Shown: positions 25,571 through 35,920 of the stretch, in pieces | How the letters are laid out: the number at the start of each line of letters is the position of its first letter | Numbering within the stretch: position 1 is the stretch's first letter | Source of the DNA: Paragordius varius | Lineage: Eukaryota; Animalia; Nematomorpha | DNA length: 64,000 nt | Assembly: GCA_964247055.1 (NCBI GenBank) | Contig: OZ176056.1 | Location: 2,108,001 to 2,172,000, forward strand | Reading direction: 5' to 3' | The notes under the pieces: generated by a model | Seen by the model: the letters and a program-made list of their open reading frames with translations, nothing else | Told to the model about the DNA's origin: nothing | Databases searched by the model: none | Position numbers and translations under genes: made by a program

Positions 25571-25907
25571 CTAAATTAATTAAGAATTAAGCGAAACAAA
25601 TTGTAAATTATTCGAAATTAAATTGGAAATGTACTAAATTTGTAAAAAAAATTATTTAATAAATTAAAATTTTTTAAAAATAATACCCGGAAAATGTAAT
25701 TCAAAAATTATATTTAACACCCCAAAATAACATATTTTTTAAAAAAGTTTATGAAAGATTAATATTATTGTCAAACTTTGACTCAAAAATCCGAAATCTA
25801 ATATATGACTAATATATATATATATATATATATATTAATAGAAATAAAGTTCAATAAATATATAGAAAAGTCAACATTATATTTTACAAAAACCAAAAAA
25901 TTTAATT

Positions 25908-25946
<39 letters not shown>

Positions 25947-28900
25947 TACATATAAATGCTAGGTATCACTTTTTTAGATAAACACCCAAAATTTTTGATA
26001 AATTATAACTCCACATTAACTTTTTATATTAAAAAATATAAAAGTATATTAACTATACTATATATACATATCCATTTTCAAAAAAACATTCCAACATTTT
26101 TATGAATTATAACTCTATTATCTGAACATTTTTGTCAAAAGTTTCAAAACTTAAAATATATTTAAAAGATAGAAGTTTTAAAAGTTAAAATAGATTTAAC
26201 GGAATACTGTCGAGCCTCATCACGGTTTTCACCCCATGAAAAGCAATGTCCAAATTGGGAATCGGCAAATTCATGCAAACCGCCCGAAGCTCCAACACTA
26301 AAATATCCCCAAATATTTTTGTTACTCCGGAAATTAAGTTCCTAAAAAAATGTATGTTAGAAAATATTAATTCAATTAAATGATTGAATTAAATTATAAT
26401 GGATATTCAAGGTAAAAATTGGATTTAAAAAAAATCATATAAAAATATATTGTTAATGAGTATTTGTCATTTCTAGATCATAATTCCAGTTTAATTGCAA
26501 ATTTATATTTTTTTATAATACAATACAAAATTTTTAAGTTATTGAGAGTAAAACTCCCTAAACCCAAAATAGATATATTGTTTTAATTCAAAATTTACAT
26601 ATTCTTAACTAAGGTATATATTTACTCTTGTATTATTAAATATTTATACAGATATATTACGTCAAGCTATTGAATTAACTTTTAATTTTTTAAATATTTT
26701 AGCAAAAATAAATCTATTACTATTTAAACCAACGACCCTAGTGCTACGTATTTTTGAGTAAAACGCATGAAATCCCAATATTTTTCATCTGTCATTGTTT
26801 GTTCAAATTATGTTACCAAAAAAACAAAGTTTAAGAAAGAAAAGCTGTCCATTTTATATTTAATTTACTTACAATTTTTCAAAACAACAAATAAAAACTA
26901 ACACAACTTTGAACTTTACAAAACTTATAAAACCCTTAAAATCATATATTTAACAAAAAATTTTCAAATAGCTAGCTCACTTGAATTTGCCCCGATGTTG
27001 GTTTAAAACCTTCGTCAGGATTTTCGCTCGTTATCCTACAAGCTATGACATGTCCCCGGGGTCGCGGTTTATATTGAGAATCTACGCTGGCTGCTGACAA
27101 GATTGAATATCCATCAGTAATGGAATTTAAGCGTTGATTTCGAACCAAAATATTTTCTAGCGGGCCGGAATTAGCATTTTCATTTTCATTAATAAAATTT
27201 TCAGATATTTCAGTTTTTTGACCTGAAATTTGCATTTTATCATTTTGGTTAGTAGGGGGAGTTTCCGTACCAGTTTGTTTTATTATGGCATTTGTATTGG
27301 CTGTTATGGGTACTAAAAACACCATAAAAGATTAATAATGAGGCATTTAAGAATGATTATTTTGAGTGAGCAAATTATATGTTTTCCCTTAATTTTGTAA
27401 ATATAACTCAAACAGTTTCAAGCTATAATCTATATTATTAAAATAAATCTAATTTATAATCCAAAATAAGAGGGATATCTAAAAAAGTATTTTTCTCCAC
27501 ATTTTGATTTATAAAAAATTATTATAAAATTAAATTTATAATTATAAAGCCCTCAAAAATTCCTGATATTTACCGATTTCCAAATAATTGCATTTTTCTA
27601 TCTCAAAAAATTGAAAAATTAAATTTACTTTGAGATAAGGGTGATTCTACCATAAACCACGGAGATAAACCCATATAAACTCGAATATCTTTTATACGGT
27701 AAAGTGGTAAGCCCATCGCGATCTAAAAAAATAAAATTTGATCAAATAATAAATTAAAAGTAATTTAAATTAGAAATTATTTTTAATTTAAAATATTTTT
27801 AAAATAGGAAATTCGATTTAAAATTAATATAATACTGAAAAAATATAGACTATACCATAAGAATATATTTCATATTAATGATGAGTTAAATTAGCCTAAA
27901 ATCATTATTTATTTTAGGGTAAATTTGAATTGTTCGAGAGTGAAATTAAATTGTTCAAGGGTGAATTTGATTTTAAATGGTATATATTTAATTAAAAAAC
28001 CAACAAAAAAATTCGGAAATTATATTACATATTATTTTGAAAAACTATAAAACTTTAGATAAACTCTAAACATTACATATATATACCTGTAATTGACAAG
28101 CCGGTAAATTAATGTCACAAATCATTTCTGTACACGGATGTTCAACTTGAAGTCTAGGATTTAGTTCTAAAAAGCAAAAAGTGCCTTTCGCCGTATCATA
28201 CAAGTATTCAACGGTTCCTGCACTAACGTAGCCTACCATACGAGCTAACCTTACAGCGGCCTACAGATATATAAAAAGAGTTTTTTCCTATTCACATCTC
28301 ATTAAATTTGTTGATTAAATTGTGGACAAAATTTGATTTATTTTATATGCTACTGTGTTACAATTATGTGAATTGGATAACACAAATGTTACTCTATATA
28401 TATATATATATGGTTGCAAATATTTCAGTATAAAAAAAGAGAATATTTATGGTAATTTTAATTTTTCTAAAACAAATGTAGCTACTTCTATGAGCCCAAC
28501 TACAAATTATTAATCGTCCAAATCTAGTTAGGTTGGATAATAAAACTTGCATTATTTTAACAAAAACGAATGATTCTGTAAATTTGGCTGTGAAGATGAA
28601 TACATACATTGATAAGGCAAGTTTTTTAATGTTATAAACTATAATATAAGCTATTATAAAAAGCATCACAAGACTCAGTATTACCTTTTCAGCTCACAAG
28701 AAACTTACACTTTTTGGTGTTTTTTTTAAAAATAATATCATATTGACCAAATATTAGAACATATCTATCATTTAATTTTCAATTTTTAACACAATTTAAT
28801 TACCTAATACCTTTTAATAGTCCCCAAAACCAAAAAGCTCTAAAACTTTAACCTTTTCCATTTCTTCAATCACGTGGGCGGTTGCTATGGTAACGGGTGC

Positions 28901-31900
28901 TTCCTCAATAATCTTTTGATGACGTCTTTGAATGGAACAATCTCGACCAAACAGAGAAATAGCTATTCCATAACTATCAGCCAGCAATTGAACTTCCAAA
29001 TGCCTACAATGGCTAGCCAAGGCCATCAAGAAAATGGGTGATCCTGGGACTTCAGTTTGGACCTTTTAGTAAATAGCATTTATTATTGATAAAATAAAAT
29101 TTAGCTCAAATACGTAATTTTATATTTCGTTTATCACAGTACTTTTTGCAATATGTTTATACTGTGGTATTAATAATTTTCTTCCATTATTAAAAGAAAA
29201 ATTATCGCATTTGAACCATAATTTATTTTTATGCGAAATCGTAATAATAAAATAAAATTGTGTTGAGAAAAAAAAGCTGTATATATACCAATTACAATTC
29301 AAATTCACCCTTTCAATCATTTTCGAACAATTCAAATTCACGTGAAATATGTTTTTTAAGATTAAAAATTACCTATATTTGTATATATTTTTAACAATTA
29401 AAAATTTTGTTTAATACTGAAAAAATAACAAATTATGCCATAAAAAAATTTTCATATTAATAATGAGTTATATTAATTGAAAAACACAAAATTTATTTTC
29501 AGAGTGAATATGAATTGTTCAGGATGAATTTGAACTGTTGACATGTATAGAGGCAACTTAATTGATGTTGCACAATAAAGAATAGAGATGTAAATTATTA
29601 ACACAATTAATAACATAATTGGTAAAAATATAAATGTTATAATCACCACAATTTTCAATTCCTTGATAAACAAATCAATTTCCTTATTTTAAGTCGATTA
29701 TATTGAACCAAATTTTTAGTTAATAAATTTCCATAGTGATAATAAAAATATAATTTATCAATAACTGTTTTTATATAACCTATTTTACGGACATGGACAT
29801 AATTCTTTGAAACAAATAAGGTAAATTTAATAAATTTATAATTTTAAAAATTTTTTTAAAAAAAATTGATACCTGTTTAAAAAAAATAAAAATTAATACC
29901 TGTTTAAAAGCTATTGGAAAATCTTCTGGTTTTAATACTTTACGTATCCCTTTACCTCCACCACCTTCAGAAGCTTTAATCATAATGGGATATCCAATTT
30001 TTTTGCTCATCTGAAAAAAAATTTTGTTCAAAATATAAAAATATTAATTATATTTTTACCAAAATTATATATTTATGTAAAAATTTTATATGGCAGGAAT
30101 AAAAAGAATATAATATTTTTTAATATATTGTTTTGAATAGCAATACAAATAATTTAGAATTTGTCTCAATTATGCAAGGTATAAAGCTAAAATCAAAAAT
30201 AAACATAAATGGTTTCTTTACAAAAATATAATATCCTTCATTTGTTTTTAACCAACATAACTCATAAATACATATATACATATGTATCAATTTCACTAAA
30301 TTTTTTACAATTAAACCTTCAAAAAACTAATAAAATTTTAATTAAAAAACTCTAAAACACCCTTAAAAACCCAAAAAACTCGAAAATGTTTCTAACTTGT
30401 AATCCTTGTTCACAGTTTGAAATACAAGCCGATTCATAAATTTCAGTTGGAATTAGGTTATTCAAATTATCCAAATCATAATAGGTTGTAGCGTTTTGCG
30501 ACGCTGAGGTAGAAACACTATTTCCTACATTGGTTATTTGTTTGGTTGTTGAAACAGTAATACTTTTTGCCATGAGGGATTGATTAACAAAATGTTCGGC
30601 ATTTATACTTTGTTGTAGGGAGCGACTTTTGACCTCTAAATTTTCAATCTCTATGCCTGCATTTAAGTTTCAATAATAAAATTATTTCAATTAAAAAACG
30701 GATAAAATGTGAAAAAAATAAAATTCTTTTTAAAAGATTGCTATTCCTTATCCCACATAAACTGAATTAAAATTTAAAATTATGTAATTGAGTTAAATAT
30801 TTATATATCCATTTTTGAAACCAAAACAATAAGTTAAATTAAAAAAATCAAGATACAATAATATGGGTCTTTGATTCTTTTAGATTTTATGTTTTTTCTG
30901 TATAATTTGAATTTTTACTGTAAATTAACTAAAAAACGGTAATAAATTTTTATTTTTACATAATCTCAATATGATAATATATAATTTTACTAGTATTTGC
31001 TTAAGGTTTATAACATAAATATAATTTAAGAATTTGCTTTTTTAAAAAATGCATTATATTACGGTATGACAAAAGGGTTTTTTAATATTCCGGTACAACT
31101 AAAAAATTTAGAGCGATATAAGTCTTATAATAAGTTGCAACATTAAAATTATAAAATATCACTATAATTTATTTCAATACAACAATATTTTTACCATTCA
31201 ACCATATATTGGTTCTTACCTTAAAATTATTATGTGCACAATATCATATATATTTATAATTCAAAGCAGATTTGGAAAGTATGTAGCTTATGGTCTAATT
31301 CTTTAATTGATGAATCATTTAAAATTATTAATTGATTTAACTAATCCCCATCAAATCAAAATAGAAACGCGCCCAAACTTATACAAATAGCCATAAAACA
31401 AAAAGTATTTGTTGGAAATAAACCTCCTCTTTAAATTCCAAATAAATCATTCGCTTATATATTAAATTTCTTAGAAAAAAAAAACTCACAAAACCGTTTA
31501 AACCCTTCGGTATTTCTAACCTTGTTGAAAAACTCCCCTTTAAATTCTTATAATCATTACCTTATATATTCAATTTCTGCGCCAAAAAACTCACAAAACC
31601 GTTTCAACCCTTCGGTATTTCTAACCTTTAAAACCACCCATCAAAAAACTTCAACACAAATTATTCGCTTATATATTCAATTTCTTAGCCAAAAAATTCC
31701 AAAACCATTTACAACCTTCGGTATTTTTAACCGTTAAACCACATTTCAAACCTTTAAATTCTAATATCATATTCAATTCTTAACCAAACCAAAACTCACA
31801 ATAACCGTTACAATAATAAAAATTAATAAAAATTCCTCAAAACTTAAAAAGTTTAGAAACCACAAAACCTCAACAAATTTTTTACGTTTAAACCTGATCC

Positions 31901-33129
31901 ACTCCAGGCTAGGGTAGGAACATGCGCGCTTTGTGCAATCAGGGTGGATGCTATTTTATCACCCAGGGCATGCATAGCAAATGCCGATGGGCCCAAGAAA
32001 GCCAGGCAGCGGTCCGCTAAAGCAAAGGGCAGGGCCGGATTTTCACTGGCATGACCCCAACCGGCCCAAACTGCATCCGCCCCGGTCCGAACACAAATCT
32101 CTACAATGAGTTCAACGTTGGCGTAATTGTGATTGTTGGAACCGCCTGGAACCGGGACATATTGATCCGCCATTTTTATGTACTCTATTAATTTTAAAGG
32201 AAATGAATATATATGGATGAAAGGAAGATATATTTTAATATTTGAAAACTAAGAGATGATATATACTTTATAATTATATATATATAATTATTTAATAGGA
32301 TAACCTTCCCCATAAAAACCCCGGAAGTGGGAAAAATAGATAATTTATTTACGCATCAATCATGCTTTTTTAAAGAATATGTTAAAGTTAAATTGTGAAA
32401 TTTAAAATTTAATTTTTTGTATGATATAAAAAAATATTAATTTATAAATTTAAAATAATATAAATTGAATGGTGAATCAGAGTGTTTTATAATATCCACA
32501 AACCAATTCGGGAAGAGGTTCACTTTTAAACGATTATATTAGGGTTTAATTTAAATTAAAGAGTTCATGAAAAACAGCAAAAGTTAATTATTTTATAGGC
32601 GTTTTTTAGAAAATCTTATATATGAGGTGATTAAAGGGGGTACATTTTTATTGGAAAATCGAAAATTAAATTACGTCAATAAATTAATTTTTGATTTAAA
32701 TTTTCATTTCGAAACTTATGTTCTATAAAAAAAGTAAACTATGGAAAAACAAGCCGAATTTAATTAATCAACAGTCAAAATAAAAAAAAGTAATTTTAAT
32801 ATAATTGTTTTTGCTTATAATGACGTATATTTTACCAGCATTAGCTTTTAAATCTTCGGGAGTCACCATGACAACAAATTTTATCGCTCGTTCGTTTCGA
32901 AACATTTCGTATGCCCATCTTCGAATAGATCGCATACATTTAACCGCAGCTATACCATTGTTGGCAATAAGGATCTAAATTTAAACGTTATAAAAATTAC
33001 CTTTTGAATTAGAGTGGTTCCTCCAAATTTTATAACAAATTCTTCGGGATTGGATAGCGTAAGCGAACCATGTTTTGAAGTACTTATATTATTAATTGAT
33101 GTATCCAAAACACTAATATCGGATGACAT
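25420..33129 (-). CDS. ACC: Acetyl-CoA carboxylase, animal type; 11 exons encoding only the N-terminal biotin carboxylase domain (675 codons); downstream ACC exons absent
   Basis: Manual splicing at GT-AG sites gives one continuous frame. It contains [153 protein letters not shown] and [19 protein letters not shown]. Exon phases are all consistent. Confidence 0.95.
25812..25942. repeat. Two (AT)n microsatellites in ACC intron 10
   Basis: (AT)n runs near 25812-25834 and 25915-25942; similar runs at about 1846-1867, 28396-28410 and 42795-42811. Confidence 0.8.
26208..26341 (-). CDS. ACC: ACC exon 10 ([16 protein letters not shown]...GENRDEAR)
   Basis: [18 protein letters not shown] motif; phase-2 donor gtattc. 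Confidence 0.95.
26981..27312 (-). CDS. ACC: ACC exon 9 (N/T/E-rich insert plus [27 protein letters not shown])
   Basis: Overlaps ORF 26972..27325; the phase-1 tttttag acceptor matches exon 8; gtgagc donor. Confidence 0.88.
27629..27722 (-). CDS. ACC: ACC exon 8 ([31 protein letters not shown])
   Basis: Conserved [13 protein letters not shown]; ttttag acceptor; phase-1 donor gtaaat. Confidence 0.9.
27780..27975. mobile_element. Partial MITE family 3 copy in ACC intron 7
   Basis: Internal region and right arm (agggtaaatttgaattgttc, aagggtgaatttga) match 45100-45290. Confidence 0.6.
28087..28260 (-). CDS. ACC: ACC exon 7 ([21 protein letters not shown]...PACQLQ)
   Basis: [13 protein letters not shown] motif; ctgtag acceptor; gtatat donor; 174 nt. 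Not in the ORF track. Confidence 0.95.
28853..29062 (-). CDS. ACC: ACC exon 6 ([13 protein letters not shown]...EEMEK)
   Basis: Overlaps ORF 28814..29029; [17 protein letters not shown]; AAG acceptor; 210 nt. Confidence 0.94.
29295..29537. mobile_element. MITE family 3 copy in ACC intron 5
   Basis: caattcaaattcaccc ... gaatttgaactg inverted termini; internal sequence similar to 45040-45220. Confidence 0.7.
29900..30010 (-). CDS. ACC: ACC exon 5 ([25 protein letters not shown]...AFKQ)
   Basis: ATP-grasp glycine loop; ttttcag acceptor; gtatta donor; 111 nt. Confidence 0.95.
30397..30656 (-). CDS. ACC: ACC exon 4 (S/T/N-rich insert plus [19 protein letters not shown])
   Basis: Overlaps ORF 30352..30573 with an open upstream extension; aaatgcag acceptor in phase 1; gttaga donor. 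The exact 5' boundary is less certain. Confidence 0.8.
31440..31815. repeat. About 105-bp degenerate minisatellite (about 3.5 copies) in ACC intron 3
   Basis: ttatatattcaatttct...aaaactcacaaaaccgttt.aacccttcggtattt.taacc recurs near 31451, 31560, 31665 and 31767. Confidence 0.75.
31894..32184 (-). CDS. ACC: ACC exon 3 ([15 protein letters not shown]...TLAWSGSG)
   Basis: Overlaps ORF 31853..32173; taatag acceptor; the phase-1 donor fits exon 4. An alternative donor 8 nt further on is possible. Confidence 0.92.
32836..32974 (-). CDS. ACC: ACC exon 2 ([12 protein letters not shown]...PEDLKANA)
   Basis: Follows a 26-nt GT-AG intron; highly conserved BC N-terminus; phase-1 donor gtaaaa. Confidence 0.95.
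33001..33129 (-). CDS. ACC: ACC exon 1 ([43 protein letters not shown])
   Basis: ATG at 33129-33127; [10 protein letters not shown] matches the conserved ACC start motif; GT donor at 33000. Confidence 0.88.
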
Positions 33130-35707
33130 AAAATTTGATTATAATAATTTAAAGCAAAAAAACACGCGTTTTTACGTGATTGTATGATATTGAAGCTGTG
33201 CCAATTTATTATACGAGAACAAGGATACTATTGTTCAGCTCAAAATTAATTTTGTAGGTCCTTACTTATGATTTATTTATAAAGTATGGCAAATACTTTA
33301 CTGTTGCAAAATACTAGCCAAATAAAAACTAAAAAAAAATAATATTATAAATTCAAGATAAAAAAAGAGTTTATAAATTAGTTTAGAATATGTTTGGTAA
33401 TTATGATTTGTGCTTAATATTTCGCGATTACATATAGGGTGATTATTGATCGAGAGTGCTCCCAATGGTATCCAAATCTTAAGACACGTATTCTATGGCT
33501 TTGGTGCAGTGTGCGAAAATATATTTAAAACTGTATGATTTAAAAAAATTTACTTAACCTATTTTTTTGGTGTATATTTTAGAAAAAAACTAAAATTCTT
33601 TATATTTTTCCATTTTAACACTTTATATCCTTTTGAGGTAGTGTTAATCATAAAAATATTTTAAGCGTTAGGCTAAATTTAATGATATGCTGTTTTAGCC
33701 TCTTAGTATGATAAAATAAGGTAAAAATGCCTGTAAACTTTTTTCCTTAATATTTTTATATCGCAAATACAACAGGCAAATAAATGTATCATTATGAAAA
33801 AGCTTTCGGATTATAGAAATTTTTGATATTTATCTAATATCAGCTACTTGCTTCAATCATGTTTTGGAGTTAAGAATTAAAAATGTTAACTGTAAAAATT
33901 ATAAATATTTTTATCTAGAAGACATATTGAAAAACAATTTTCAGTCAAATTGATTTTGAAACAGTTATTTTACGAAAATCTGTGGATTAGAAAACCCCCT
34001 CAACATGCCATCTCGTACAGATAATGTAATAAATTGTTGACCATTTATTTAGTTTTGGAGTGAGTCTTTGGTTTTAAGTGGGAAATTAAGAGTTAAGAAA
34101 CTAGAATTTATAAAATATAACACTTATCTAATAAATTTAAATTAATTTTTATTTTATGGTTCTGACGTACAAATACCCCAAAATGTTTCATCTATTCCAC
34201 GTGCATAAAATAAAAGAAATGTTTATTCATTGAGGTAACATTTATAGAACAGCGGTTTATATATCAAAGGATATAGTTTGAAAAAATAAAAAGATAAAAG
34301 GGGAGTTAAATGGCTAAACTAAAATTATGTAATATAGGCATTTAAAAATAATTTATCAAATTTCAAACGTAAAAACAATTGTATCCCGTTTTTTCCAATA
34401 GGGTAGATGTACATGTAGATATATTGTTTTAAACTTTAATTTTTATAAGATTTTGTGAGCAAATGTTTGCCAATTATGATTTTCCTAATATTTCGCAGGT
34501 CGCACGTGAGGTCTTGGAGGGCCGCCTATTGGATAAATCTGGCTTGAATCAATTTTTTTCGAAGCATGTTATGCGCCGTTTTGAGATGTATTTATAATTA
34601 TATATTTTTTCAGAAGCAATGCAGTTTCTGTTTTAAATTGTATTTTACAGGTTATATCTATTATTAACTATAAGTTACTAAACGATTAGTCTGCTTTATT
34701 TTTCCCTTCAATTTTCGAAATAAAAAAAATCAAATTTATTTATTGGATAAACAACTTTGTGAATAGTTTTGCTACAATATATAATCTATAGTATTCATAT
34801 GGGAAATCTTCCAAAAATATTATATATTCAATAACAAATTAATTATTCAGCGCTGGCTTTAGATTTCCAATGGCTTCTTCCAAAACTTCTAAAATTATGA
34901 ATTAAATATAACATGAGCTAATATATATTGATAGTTTTGCTGCATGTTATCTATATTTATCTATATATATACCTTTTGATATATCAGGATCCTCTAAGCC
35001 TAATGCATCTAGAATTATATAGTTTATTTGGTTAAAGTGGAAAGTGTAGTAAATAACAAATAAGATAATGTATTGAGTATTGTCAAATATTTTTTATATC
35101 TTAGGATGTATACTGTAAATAAAACTTCATTGTCAATTTATACCGAGGATTTCAAATTTTTAGTTCTTAATTATTTGGAGTTTTTTATGCGTGACAGGAT
35201 TATCAATTTGCTTATATTACAATCGATAATAAATAATAAATTACTTTCAACTCCTTGTGGAAACATGGCGCCTATATCATTTAGAAAAATATATAAAGTT
35301 ATGCCATATAACCAACTATTTGATATATTTAAATTAACAATATTTTAATAAAAAAAATTATTTAATTAAGTATTGTCAAGTTTTTTGATAAATTTTTTTC
35401 CTGCATTTTATTTAACAATTAATAAAAATTATAATATAAAAATTAATTACTTTCAGTTGCTTTGTCGATTAAATCTAATTTAAGGTAACATAATTATGAA
35501 AAAATGAAGCCCGCTATATATAAGGATCCTTTGTTGTTAAATGGATAAAAAGAATATCTTTAAAAATTGAATTTTGGTTTTTATAAATTAAGACCAAATA
35601 TTTAAAGTATTTTTATTGAAAACACTCATTTTGGATTTATATAGCATGGATGTTCTTTCAAATTAAAACTATAAATATCCCTATATTGTGATTAACTTTT
35701 AGATATA

Positions 35708-35920
35708 CAGTAAAAATTGGATTATACAGACTAAATGTAATTTCAAAATACAACCATACTTTTTATACCTTTATTTTTCTTATATAAAATATTTACTACC
35801 CATAAAATATAAAATTGATTGTTTTTTCAATATTCATCAGATGACTTAAAAATAAGATTTGATAGTTGTCTTTTAGAAAAAAATGTCTACGTTTTGTCCG
35901 TGTACTTCCAATTTTTAATG
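35708..35920. mobile_element. MITE family 1 copy, specific to copy B
   Basis: ta-cagtaaaaattggattatacagac... with inverted ...ttttgtccgtgtacttccaatttttaatg-ta; no counterpart near 2650 in copy A. Confidence 0.7.
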
